Shown: piece by piece, positions 37,485 through 46,808 of the stretch
Layout of the letters: every line of letters starts with the position of its first letter
Position numbering within the stretch: the first letter of the stretch is position 1
From: a virus
Taxonomy: Duplodnaviria > Caudoviricetes
IMG/VR virus record: IMGVR_UViG_3300028805_000046
Location: 1-64,000 of that record
Strand: one strand, 5' to 3'
Length of the DNA: 64,000 nucleotides
Translations under genes and position numbers: made by a program
Notes under the pieces: model-generated
Database searches by the model: none
What the model saw: only the letters and a program-made list of their open reading frames with translations
What the model was told of the DNA's origin: nothing

Positions 37485-38045
37485 ATGTTTTCAGAAAAAT
37501 CACTAACTAAAGAAAATCTTATCGCTTTCTTGAAAGAGAAAGGACTCTATGAAGAGTGCGGCGAATGGTGCCAGCCAAGATTTGTCCAGCAGGAAAAAGA
37601 CAAGGCTGCTAAGAAGGCCGCTGAACCTGTCTGGAAAAGAAACTTCCGTTGGGAAGGACATCACACCCGCTGCTGTTATGAATGCAGTGGCGAACGTTTT
37701 GATGACTCTGACTATTGGGGACATTTCGTCACTAACATGGAACTTCTTCCGTTTGACTTCTATGACCCAAGCGAAGATGGACCTGCTGATAATGATGAAA
37801 ATTTTGTTCTTTTGAAGGAATGTCCGACCTTTAACAAACTTTGTGAAAAGATGCTGAAGTTCGTTGATGGCGAACTTGATGAAGACGTAGATCGTTGCTA
37901 TGACTTTGACAAGTTTGGATTTGACAATCCGCCTTCAAATGACCAGCTTATTGAATGGCTCGGCAATCTTGTAATCAGCAAGAAGGACGCTGAAGATCCT
38001 GCAAGCGAAACTTGGGAAGACTGCTTCGTTGGACCTTCTTTCTAA
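37485..38045 (+). CDS. acidic hypothetical protein
   Basis: AAGGAG RBS. Confidence 0.65.
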   Translation: MFSEKSLTKENLIAFLKEKGLYEECGEWCQPRFVQQEKDKAAKKAAEPVWKRNFRWEGHHTRCCYECSGERFDDSDYWGHFVTNMELLPFDFYDPSEDGPADNDENFVLLKECPTFNKLCEKMLKFVDGELDEDVDRCYDFDKFGFDNPPSNDQLIEWLGNLVISKKDAEDPASETWEDCFVGPSF

Positions 38046-38068
38046 CATAAATCGTTTAGAAAAAATTT

Positions 38069-38110
38069 GTTGACTGACCAATTTACAAAGTCAGTCAACT
38101 TTTTTATATT
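38069..38110 (+). promoter_or_regulatory. terminator hairpin with -35 in its loop (TTTACA-N17-TATATT)
   Basis: GTTGACTGAC/GTCAGTCAAC stem; -35 at 38082, -10 at 38105. Confidence 0.75.
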
Positions 38111-38148
38111 TTGACTATAATCGTTTTAACTTTAACAAAGGAATCCAA

Positions 38149-39414
38149 ATGGCACAAGATCAATGCCTTTACACTTTTGATGGAAGCAAGCTCGGTATCG
38201 TTCCTAGCTCAACTACAATTTCTAAAGAAGTTCCGCCGGGAACTTATACTTTCTGCTATGACCAGCGAATTGGTCTTTGGGTAGAAAAGTGCTCCGATGT
38301 ACCTGATGTTCCTGTCCGCGTCTACGGCAGCGCATCTAGCAGACTTGCAAAGGTCTATCGTGCTTTTGACAGACGTCCTCGTAACACAGGCGTTCTTCTT
38401 TCTGGTGAAGCAGGTATGGGTAAGTCTTTGTTTATCCGTATGATGGCAGCGGAAGCAAAGCGCCGTAACATGCCAATCTTTATCATCAACGCTGACCTTC
38501 CGGGCATCGTTCAGTGGTTGAAGAAATGCTCTTCGCATGCGCTTGTCATTCTTGACGAATTTGAAAAGGTCTTCCGTAAGGATGTTCCGGGTCAAGATGA
38601 AGTTCCTAACCAAGACAAGTTCCTTTCATTGCTTGACGGTATGGACGATGGCAAGAAACTTTATGTCGCTGCCATCAATGAAACTTACAATCTTAACAAG
38701 TACATGATTAACCGTCCTGGCCGTTTCTTGTATCACTTCACATTCGGATTCCTTTCTCAGCGTGAAATCGTCGAGTACATGGAAGACAAGCTCGTTGATA
38801 AGTCTCAGCTCGGATTCTTGTCTACTGCTCTTCTTGGACATCGCATCAACTATGACGCATTGTCTTGCATCATTGATGAAGTGAATGCTGGCGAAGATCC
38901 AAAGGAAACTTTGCAGGATGTCAACCTTGACCGTGAAGACGCTGCTAAGCAAGATGTCACCATTGAACTTAACGGCATTAAGTTCGTCTGGAAGAACTGG
39001 AAACCGCACTTCGGTCAGCTCACTCAGGCAGCAACTCTTGATGCACATGACTTTACTGGCAACACTATTGCCCGTGTCTGTGCTACTTGGGACATTCGTG
39101 ATATGATTGCTACTGGTTCTTCCAAGTACACAACCAAGCTCACTGTTCCGGGAGACAAGTTGTCGTTCTCGACTGACGGACATGCTAACTGCTTCCGTGA
39201 CTGGACTGCAGAAAGCGTCAAGACTGCATTTAAGGAAATCACTGACAGATCTGATCTTGTCATTGAGCCTCACTACGAGTACTCTGGATACGGATACGTC
39301 GGCATGGACGGCGATGCAAGAATGAAGCCAGCGGCTGCATACCGCAATGAACGCGTGCAGCGAGAAGCTCGTCCGCTTCCTGGCTTCACATTAGCGGAAG
39401 GCAGTAACGCCTAA
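38149..39414 (+). CDS. AAA+ ATPase
   Basis: GEAGMGKS Walker A, ILDEFEK Walker B, LLDG, NRPGR arginine finger. Confidence 0.9.
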   Translation: MAQDQCLYTFDGSKLGIVPSSTTISKEVPPGTYTFCYDQRIGLWVEKCSDVPDVPVRVYGSASSRLAKVYRAFDRRPRNTGVLLSGEAGMGKSLFIRMMAAEAKRRNMPIFIINADLPGIVQWLKKCSSHALVILDEFEKVFRKDVPGQDEVPNQDKFLSLLDGMDDGKKLYVAAINETYNLNKYMINRPGRFLYHFTFGFLSQREIVEYMEDKLVDKSQLGFLSTALLGHRINYDALSCIIDEVNAGEDPKETLQDVNLDREDAAKQDVTIELNGIKFVWKNWKPHFGQLTQAATLDAHDFTGNTIARVCATWDIRDMIATGSSKYTTKLTVPGDKLSFSTDGHANCFRDWTAESVKTAFKEITDRSDLVIEPHYEYSGYGYVGMDGDARMKPAAAYRNERVQREARPLPGFTLAEGSNA

Positions 39415-39434
39415 CTAAAAGAAAATATTTTCTG

Positions 39435-39462
39435 CCTGCACCTTCAAAAGTGCAGGTTTTTT
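39435..39462 (+). terminator. intrinsic terminator
   Basis: CCTGCAC/GTGCAGG stem + T tract. Confidence 0.75.
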
Positions 39463-39476
39463 GTTATTTTTGAACT

Positions 39477-40334
39477 ATGTATTTAGCGACTATCAATAAC
39501 CAATTTGACAATAAGATAAGAGGTCTTACTGTAGATAAGAATGTCTGGGGAAAAGTTCTTCAGATAGTGCGAGAGCCTCTTATTGTGCCGGATAAAGCCA
39601 AGATTCCTCAGTGGAAATTTTGTACCATCAAAGGAGAACAAAGATGCACTGAGAACATTGGAAGCACTAATCTGCTTATTCTTGATTTTGACGATTGTTC
39701 ATATTCGTTTAAAGAATTTGAAAGTCAGTTCAGAGAGTACAAGTACATTCTTCACACATCTTGGTCTTATGATGGCAAAAACAGTAAGTTTCGTGTTCTT
39801 CTGTTCTTAGACAAAGAATATGAAATCTCGCGCTTATTCTTCAAATGTCACGATAAGTCTTTCAGTCCATATCATTACATGCTTAACGCATTTCCACATA
39901 TTGACCCGGCTTCTTTTGTTAAAGCTCAGTTCTTTAAGATGCCGGCAATAAAAGCGCCTGGAGTTCCTTATTACTTCTCTATTCACAATGGCAGACCTTG
40001 GTCGCCGATGGAGATTGAAGGATTCAGTTTCGCTTATGCAATGTGTGAAATGAAGCAAGAAGAGTACATTAAGAAACTTGAACAGGAAAACGCAAAGAGA
40101 AGACAGCGTCAACCTAATCAAGACATGACTAAGGCGATTGAATTTGCGACAAGAAAGATGAATGAAACTCCAGCGGGTCTTAGACATAACGCTGTCTTTG
40201 GACTTGCAAGCTGGTTCGCTGGCATTGGAGGAACTTATTCGGAATTTGCTCAGATTAGACCTAACTGGGCTGATAAGCAATATGACAAACAGATTAAAAG
40301 GCTTGCTACCGAATGGTGCAAGATAGGTAAGTAA
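39477..40334 (+). CDS. archaeo-eukaryotic primase-like protein with PriCT-like C-terminus
   Basis: LILDFDD, LHTSWS, KFRVLL, DPAS; C-terminal G.RHNAVF.LA. Confidence 0.7.
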   Translation: MYLATINNQFDNKIRGLTVDKNVWGKVLQIVREPLIVPDKAKIPQWKFCTIKGEQRCTENIGSTNLLILDFDDCSYSFKEFESQFREYKYILHTSWSYDGKNSKFRVLLFLDKEYEISRLFFKCHDKSFSPYHYMLNAFPHIDPASFVKAQFFKMPAIKAPGVPYYFSIHNGRPWSPMEIEGFSFAYAMCEMKQEEYIKKLEQENAKRRQRQPNQDMTKAIEFATRKMNETPAGLRHNAVFGLASWFAGIGGTYSEFAQIRPNWADKQYDKQIKRLATEWCKIGK

Positions 40335-40335
40335 A

Positions 40336-40539
40336 ATGCACGATTTCGTATTGAAAGCATGTAATGTATTTGAGAAGATACTTTATGGGTGTGCGGCTGC
40401 AACTGTCCTTCTTTGGGCACTTGGAGCACTGACGCCTTTCATGATTGCGTTCAATGTATGTTTCATAGCTATAGATGTCATTGGCATTTGGGTTATCAGA
40501 AAACTGGTAAAGGTCTGTAAGGAGAACGGAATTGAGTGA
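40336..40539 (+). CDS. small membrane protein
   Basis: Two hydrophobic helices. Confidence 0.55.
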   Translation: MHDFVLKACNVFEKILYGCAAATVLLWALGALTPFMIAFNVCFIAIDVIGIWVIRKLVKVCKENGIE

Positions 40540-40726
40540 ACTGATAATTTGTTTGCTAATCATTTGTGGAACCATCATCGCAGTCACCCGCTTCAATCAT
40601 AGCTGTAAGCATGAATGGGAAGTAGTTGAATCTGGCAATCTGCTTAATGACGATAATGAAAAGATTGGTCGTGTCGTTTTTCTTCGCTGTAAGCATTGCG
40701 GCGAATACAAGAGGAAGGATCTGTAA
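40532..40726 (+). CDS. membrane-anchored zinc-ribbon protein
   Basis: TM + CKHEW...CKHCG. Confidence 0.6.
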   Translation: MSELIICLLIICGTIIAVTRFNHSCKHEWEVVESGNLLNDDNEKIGRVVFLRCKHCGEYKRKDL

Positions 40727-41328
40727 TGGACATTAAGTACGTTTCACTTATTACTACGCCAAAGAACATACTTGAAATTAAAGTCTTTGACGATTATAAA
40801 GAATCAGATAAGAACATCGCCAACTTCGCGTCTAAACAGCTTGGAAAGAAGTTGAACGCCCTGCTTCCAGTTATGGACAAGTACACAGGTTCTTTCTTTG
40901 ACAGCTATGAATGGGACAATCCTAATCCAGACATTGAAGATCCGATGACTGATGGCATTGACATCTGTAACAGAGTTCACGGTGAAACATTGCTGACTAC
41001 TGACAGATACATTATCTTCAGAGTTGGTCAAGCAAATGCTGGTGAAGTGATGGTTGTGCCTGAAGGCGTTGCTGGAGATCTTGAACATGCTAAACGTATC
41101 TTGACAGCAAAGTACATCCAGCTTGTCGTTGACTTTAAGATAATGGCTGAAAAGTTCCCTAAGATTGGTTGGAACTCAGAAGTCCGTTCTAAAGATGATA
41201 CTTTCCAGCTTGCTATGATGAACACCGCTGACAAGTATGATGGGTATTATGCCAGAATCTTATGTTATGATACAGTTAAAGAACAATTCGTAAATTTTAA
41301 GGAGAAAATCAAATGGGAGACAATTTAG
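40726..41328 (+). CDS. hypothetical protein
   Basis: Coupled ORF; start reassigned. Confidence 0.6.
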   Translation: MDIKYVSLITTPKNILEIKVFDDYKESDKNIANFASKQLGKKLNALLPVMDKYTGSFFDSYEWDNPNPDIEDPMTDGIDICNRVHGETLLTTDRYIIFRVGQANAGEVMVVPEGVAGDLEHAKRILTAKYIQLVVDFKIMAEKFPKIGWNSEVRSKDDTFQLAMMNTADKYDGYYARILCYDTVKEQFVNFKEKIKWETI

Positions 41329-41840
41329 CACTCGCAAAAGCGATTGACAGATACTTTAAGAAGAATAGTCAACGAGACATTCTTAAGCATCTTTATGATG
41401 ACGACATCAATGTCTATAAGTCTTTTGACCCGACTATCTGGGAAGAAGTCATTGACAAACAGATTGAGCTTGACAGCGAAAATCTTGCATACTGTGGTGA
41501 TGACACGCCACAGGCAAGATTCAAGAATATCTTTGATGTCTTCCGTGGTTCGCTTGAAGAAGAATTTCCGTTGACTCCAGTCGAGAACACTATGTTCCCA
41601 ACACTTTTCAGAGTTCTTGAACATAATGGCAAACGAATCATCATCACCATGATGATTGGGCAAGGCTGTGTGATGGACACTTGCACTGAAGAAGGCTTTG
41701 CTGGATGGATGTCAAGAAATGGCGGAACGTACAAGATTGACAAGGTCTTTACTATTGAAGACTTCAAAAAAGCAGTTGACAATACTCGCACAAAACTTGA
41801 AGAAATGATTGAAAACGCAGACACTAAAAAGGAGGCTTAA
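41313..41840 (+). CDS. hypothetical protein
   Basis: AAGGAG RBS; MIGQG motif. Confidence 0.65.
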   Translation: MGDNLALAKAIDRYFKKNSQRDILKHLYDDDINVYKSFDPTIWEEVIDKQIELDSENLAYCGDDTPQARFKNIFDVFRGSLEEEFPLTPVENTMFPTLFRVLEHNGKRIIITMMIGQGCVMDTCTEEGFAGWMSRNGGTYKIDKVFTIEDFKKAVDNTRTKLEEMIENADTKKEA

Positions 41841-41841
41841 G

Positions 41842-42165
41842 ATGGGTGACGAAACAAAGTTCTTTCTTGTTGACACAACAGTCAACTGGGCAGATGAAAT
41901 GGATGTATGTGGTTACGCAATTTACAACGGCGCTGAACTCAAGAAAATGATAGATTATGTTTCTGAGCAAGATGATGACTGGACATACTCTGTATGTCTT
42001 GGCACCAATGAAGACACAGAACTTTCTAAGGAAGATGTTCTTGAAATGCTTAACAGCGCAGATGAAATCACTGCTGAACAAGTTATGTTCCTTAAAGACA
42101 AGCTTTGGCAATGCGAAGAAGACATCTTTGAATATCTTTATGATAATGAGGAAAACGAAGAATGA
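41842..42165 (+). CDS. acidic hypothetical protein
   Basis: AGGAGG RBS; NWADEMD. Confidence 0.65.
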   Translation: MGDETKFFLVDTTVNWADEMDVCGYAIYNGAELKKMIDYVSEQDDDWTYSVCLGTNEDTELSKEDVLEMLNSADEITAEQVMFLKDKLWQCEEDIFEYLYDNEENEE

Positions 42166-42629
42166 GTATAAAGCTTGCAGATTTTGGACAGACAGTAAGT
42201 CTACTTTATGACAACTGCGAAGTTATCAACATTGACTATTGGGCGATAGTCAGTCTTTTCTTTTCACATGCAAGAAACGATTATGTTTGGGATCCTCATC
42301 ATAAAGTGATGGACATTTTCCAGCGTGTTAATGACTTCACTCTAACGATTGACATTTCCAATGTTAAGCATTTTTCCACGACTAGACGAAATAGCGAAAC
42401 TGACTCGATGAGCGCTGATGGAAACTACGCTATTGAACGAATTAGAAATGGAAAAGATCTTTGCGCTATCTGTTTCGGTCCAAATCGTTATGACTTAAAC
42501 TGGAAAGATGACACTTATGACGCGTCTTTGTGCGGAACTCCGATTAAGGAGCATTTCAACGCCAATGTAAAAGTTACAGAAAGTGTCGGAAAAGACAATC
42601 ATAAACATTTAATCATCAGAGTCCCGTAA
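42162..42629 (+). CDS. hypothetical protein
   Basis: ATGA overlap. Confidence 0.6.
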   Translation: MSIKLADFGQTVSLLYDNCEVINIDYWAIVSLFFSHARNDYVWDPHHKVMDIFQRVNDFTLTIDISNVKHFSTTRRNSETDSMSADGNYAIERIRNGKDLCAICFGPNRYDLNWKDDTYDASLCGTPIKEHFNANVKVTESVGKDNHKHLIIRVP

Positions 42630-42672
42630 TGACCAGATAAATACACCAAACAGAATTTTGTGAGGTGTGTTT

Positions 42673-43416
42673 ATGAAAATTGCGGGCTTAGATCTCTCGT
42701 ATACTTCACCTGCGGTAGTTATAGAAGAACTCGATGATGATCTAAATGTTATTTCTTGTACGGGCTACGGATTCGCAATTCCAAAATGGGTTCAACCTAA
42801 CATTGTTGAATACCGTGGCCCTAAAGATTATCCTGATGACTATGCAAGATACAAGTTCTTACAGGATAACATCCTTAAATGGTGTGAAGGCTGCGACTAT
42901 GCCTTCGTTGAAGACTACGCTCTTCAAGCAAATGGCCGAGTATTCAATCTAGCCGAATTTGAAGGCTACATAAAGCAAGAGCTTTATCGTCGTGGCACGA
43001 TTTTAAGATTCTATGTGCCATCTACTAACAAAAAATTCTATTCAGGTTACGGTGGAGCCGATAAGATCTCCATGTATCAGGCTTGGCAGAAATGGCCGGG
43101 CAAGAAACCTTATCTTGACGATCTTCCAATAGTTGACAAGGGAGATGGAGTCAAGCCTACATCTGACATTATTGACGCACATGCGCTTTGCGAGTTTGGA
43201 AGACAAGAACTTCGTCTTCGCAGAGGATTAGATGATCCTGACAAGCTTCCGCAGAACGTGCGTGAGGTTTTCGCATTAAAGAAGGCCAAATCCCTTGAGA
43301 AAATTGCGAAAAAGAAGGAAAAAGGAACCGCTAAGAAGCGAGAAAAGGTCGCTTTAGGCATTCTTGAAACTTCTATGATGGGTCAAAACCTAAAAGACAT
43401 TGATAAAGGGCAATAA
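42673..43416 (+). CDS. RuvC-like Holliday junction resolvase
   Basis: IAGLDLS, FVEDY, KK..SG.G.A.K, DIIDA. Confidence 0.85.
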   Translation: MKIAGLDLSYTSPAVVIEELDDDLNVISCTGYGFAIPKWVQPNIVEYRGPKDYPDDYARYKFLQDNILKWCEGCDYAFVEDYALQANGRVFNLAEFEGYIKQELYRRGTILRFYVPSTNKKFYSGYGGADKISMYQAWQKWPGKKPYLDDLPIVDKGDGVKPTSDIIDAHALCEFGRQELRLRRGLDDPDKLPQNVREVFALKKAKSLEKIAKKKEKGTAKKREKVALGILETSMMGQNLKDIDKGQ

Positions 43417-43418
43417 TC

Positions 43419-43943
43419 ATGGGAATGTTCAACGCTGCATACGCAAAAGCGATATTTACTCCTAAACATCCAGAGAAATGTCTTAACACAAACGGCAAAT
43501 GCGAGAAACCGCTGCCTCAGATGCGTTCTTCTTGGGAAATGAAGTTCGCTAACTTTTGCGATATAGAAGAAAACGTCCTGGGTTGGGGTTCTGAGGTAGT
43601 TGAAATTCCGTATATTTCGTCATTAGATGGCAAAACGCATCGCTACATAACTGACTTTGTGCTAGTCACTAAAAACAGAGACACAGATCAGATAGAAAAG
43701 TGGTTGATTGAAGTAAAGCCTGCCTCTCAAGTTCCTAAACTTGATGAATTTGGCAAGATCATCTTCCCAGAACTGAATAAGAAGAAGCGTCTTACTGAAC
43801 AGCGCATTGAACGATGGCGAGAGTGCTGCAATGTGCTTAAAAAGAACCATGAGAAATGGACTGCTGCAAGAAAATGGGCAAAAGATCATGGTTATTTCTT
43901 TAAAGTCATAACTGAAGTAGAACTTGACCTGATGAATAAATAA
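43419..43943 (+). CDS. 4: head completion nuclease (T4 gp4 / TnsA-like)
   Basis: RSSWE, WGSE, HRY.TDF, IEVKP, KW.AA. Confidence 0.85.
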   Translation: MGMFNAAYAKAIFTPKHPEKCLNTNGKCEKPLPQMRSSWEMKFANFCDIEENVLGWGSEVVEIPYISSLDGKTHRYITDFVLVTKNRDTDQIEKWLIEVKPASQVPKLDEFGKIIFPELNKKKRLTEQRIERWRECCNVLKKNHEKWTAARKWAKDHGYFFKVITEVELDLMNK

Positions 43944-43966
43944 AATAAAGAAATTTAGGAGACGCA

Positions 43967-45070
43967 ATGAGCGAAAATATGATTTTAGAAGGCGGAAACG
44001 CCAAAGCAAAGAATGGTGCTGAAGCTGGAAAGATCAGTCTTGCTGATTTTACACCAGAACAGTACGATGATTTTAAGGAAAGCGTGATTAGACTTGTTGA
44101 AGCAATCGGCTTTGCATTTCTTGACTACGCTGGTGAACCACTTTTCGTTGACAAGGCAGCAGTTCGTTCCTTGAAGATCTTCTCAGGATCTGGTCATGAA
44201 TTTTTCAAGCGTTCTAGAGAAGAATACGTCAAGGTTAAGCCGAAGATGGGCGACATTGACGTTCAGATTGACGAAAAGAAGAAAGAAACAGTAAGAAAAT
44301 TCCTTCAGGAAAGCGAAGGAAAAGAATTTGCTGGATTTACTTACCTTGGTTCTCAATTTGGCGGTGACTTCTATAACATTTTCGCTGCACCTAAGAAATT
44401 CCAGCCTGCTGCAAAGAACATTCAGATTGACTTCGAGTTTATCGAGTTTGACGAAGAAGGAAATCCTAATGAATTTGAGATGTTCACTAAGAACTCTGAC
44501 TGGGCAGACCTTTCACAGGGCATTAAGGGACTTGCAAAGCAGTGCTTGATTCCTGCAATCTATAAGGTCATCTACGCAACCCCGGGTATCGTTCTTCAGA
44601 ATAAGAAGGACCTTCCTTCAAAGGCATACAAAGACGAAACTGTGCCTACTAGAACATACGGACCTAAGGGATCTCGTGCTAAGTTCCAGCCTGTAATGAA
44701 CGCCGACGGATCACAGATGATGTATGATGGCAAGCCTGCCTTCCGTGAGTTCCCAGCAAAAGACACTCCGCTCAATCGTGACCTTAACTCGATCTTTACT
44801 GAAATGTTTGGCATTAAGCCTACGCCTAAGACTCGTCAAATGATGAACTCTTACGTTGGAATGCTTCAGTTGATTAAGAAGTACTTGCCAAAGCCAGTAG
44901 TTCAGAAGGTTTACTTGAACTACAAGGACAACATCTATACTCAAGTTGATGATCCTGCTGTTGGTGATGCAATCATTCAGAAGTTCAAGGAGATCTGCCC
45001 GTTCGTTCATGACCTTGACGAAAAGATGTCACTTGAGCTTTACTTCAAACAGACAATTCTAGGAGAATAA
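43967..45070 (+). CDS. Pol-beta-like nucleotidyltransferase, possibly virion-packaged
   Basis: SGSG...MGDIDVQ...IQIDF; N-terminal ILE|GGN. Confidence 0.65.
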   Translation: MSENMILEGGNAKAKNGAEAGKISLADFTPEQYDDFKESVIRLVEAIGFAFLDYAGEPLFVDKAAVRSLKIFSGSGHEFFKRSREEYVKVKPKMGDIDVQIDEKKKETVRKFLQESEGKEFAGFTYLGSQFGGDFYNIFAAPKKFQPAAKNIQIDFEFIEFDEEGNPNEFEMFTKNSDWADLSQGIKGLAKQCLIPAIYKVIYATPGIVLQNKKDLPSKAYKDETVPTRTYGPKGSRAKFQPVMNADGSQMMYDGKPAFREFPAKDTPLNRDLNSIFTEMFGIKPTPKTRQMMNSYVGMLQLIKKYLPKPVVQKVYLNYKDNIYTQVDDPAVGDAIIQKFKEICPFVHDLDEKMSLELYFKQTILGE

Positions 45071-45071
45071 C

Positions 45072-46796
45072 ATGCCAGTAGCAATGAAGACAATCACTTC
45101 TACCAAGAAAGGTTCAGAAGGTGAAAAGGTCGAGATTAGAGATTATTGGTTTAAGTCAAGTATGGAACCTATTGCAGTCGCTTACGGCTGCTTTAGCCCA
45201 TTTACAGGAAAGTATGGACATGCTCGCCTTCTCGAAAATGCAAAGGAACATGGCATTAACAAGTTTATCATCTGTTCTCCGAACAAGAAGCAAGTAGTTG
45301 ACAATGACAGAAACATGTTCACGCTTGAACAGAAAGTAGAAATTGCTGACAAAGGCGCAAAGTCACTTGGCTATAACGTCATTGACGCTTTCATTGCTTC
45401 AAGCAATTTTGTCGTTTCTAACCTTTTAGAGATTGCTGAGAAATACCCAGAAAATCGTATCGTGCTTTGTTGCGGTCCTGACCGTATTGCTGAATATGGA
45501 CGATACATGAACAAGTTTGAAGCAGGTAGAAACCAGCTGCCAGACGATTCTGACCCTAAGCCGGGTAAGTTTGAATTTCTTACTCTTGAAGACCGCGGCG
45601 AAAAGAATGTTTCTGGTACTGCTATTCGTGCTATGATTCGTAACGGCGACCGTGAAGGATTCCTTGAGATGACAGGATATTCTCCAAAGATGTGGGATCT
45701 TGTTTACGGAATGGCAAAGAAGAACGGTGTACTTGAAGAACGCTTCTCTGACTTCTTCGCTGATACTCAGCTTGATGAAGCTCTTGCTGCAACGAACCGT
45801 GTTGGCATTAAGCACTTGTACAACCCGGGCAACGCACAGGAACTTGGTGCATTAGAATTCTTTGACCTTCTTGACCTTCTTGAAGAAGATGGCGGTAAGC
45901 TCGTCAATGGTAAGAATTTCTCGATGACAGAAAAGTCTGATGGAGCTGCATTCCGTATGGGCGTTGATGATGAAGGCAAGTTCTTCGTAGAACAGTCTTA
46001 CTCTGGCCCAATCTACGACTCTGATTTTATCCGTGATAAGTACAGCAAGAAATTTGGTCGTGTAAACCGTCTTGCTAGAGGCTGGGCAAATATCATTGAC
46101 ATTCTTCAGGCAGATGAAAAGACTCAGACTTGTATGTCTAAGATCTTTGACGACATTGGACCGTTCAAGATTTCTGGTGAAATCTTCATTTCAGAACTTG
46201 GTATGAAGGACGAAAATGGATACGTCACTTTCGTCGGTTCTCGTTATGATCCTAAGCGCCTTGGCGAAGATGCGACAATCGTTATGTTCGCTGTCAATGA
46301 CGCCGATGGAGAATCTGTTCCTGATACTCAGAAGATTATTAAGTACTTGATAAAGAATGGCTCTTCAAAGTCAATCAAGTATGATGACGCCGAATTGAAT
46401 GTCAAGCAGAACATCGCGATTGACGTTGGAACAGAAATCAAGAAGATTCGTGCTAACGTTGACCGTTTTGAAAAAGAAAACGAACTCTCTATTACTGATG
46501 TACTTAACAATCCTTCAAGAAAGAAATCTGACATCCAGTTGAAGAAATTCGTTCGTACTTTCGTTGAAGAACAGCAAGGCGTTCTCAATGCCAAGTTTGA
46601 AACTCAGCTTGAGCATTACGAAGGTAAGTGGGGTCCGGATTATGAAGGCGTCGTTATCAAGTTGAAAGATGGAACGATGATTAAGATTACTTCTAAGGGC
46701 TTTAAGGAATTTAAGGCAAAACATGATGACAGTCTTCAGAAGTGGATCATGGAGAACAAGTCGTTCGTTAGTGAATTTGAAAGATATATACGCTAA
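45072..46796 (+). CDS. HIGH-family cytidylyltransferase-like domain fused to an ATP-dependent (RNA) ligase-like domain
   Basis: GCFSPFT..YGH, G.DR, VSGT.IR; then TEKSDG, SGEIF, EGVVIK, IKITS. Confidence 0.7.
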   Translation: MPVAMKTITSTKKGSEGEKVEIRDYWFKSSMEPIAVAYGCFSPFTGKYGHARLLENAKEHGINKFIICSPNKKQVVDNDRNMFTLEQKVEIADKGAKSLGYNVIDAFIASSNFVVSNLLEIAEKYPENRIVLCCGPDRIAEYGRYMNKFEAGRNQLPDDSDPKPGKFEFLTLEDRGEKNVSGTAIRAMIRNGDREGFLEMTGYSPKMWDLVYGMAKKNGVLEERFSDFFADTQLDEALAATNRVGIKHLYNPGNAQELGALEFFDLLDLLEEDGGKLVNGKNFSMTEKSDGAAFRMGVDDEGKFFVEQSYSGPIYDSDFIRDKYSKKFGRVNRLARGWANIIDILQADEKTQTCMSKIFDDIGPFKISGEIFISELGMKDENGYVTFVGSRYDPKRLGEDATIVMFAVNDADGESVPDTQKIIKYLIKNGSSKSIKYDDAELNVKQNIAIDVGTEIKKIRANVDRFEKENELSITDVLNNPSRKKSDIQLKKFVRTFVEEQQGVLNAKFETQLEHYEGKWGPDYEGVVIKLKDGTMIKITSKGFKEFKAKHDDSLQKWIMENKSFVSEFERYIR

Positions 46797-46808
46797 AGGA
46801 GATTTTAG

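Noticed and set aside
43419-43943. Tn7-like transposon (TnsA fold)
   Set aside because: Matches the T4 gp4 head-completion nuclease pattern; no TnsB/TnsC or terminal repeats.
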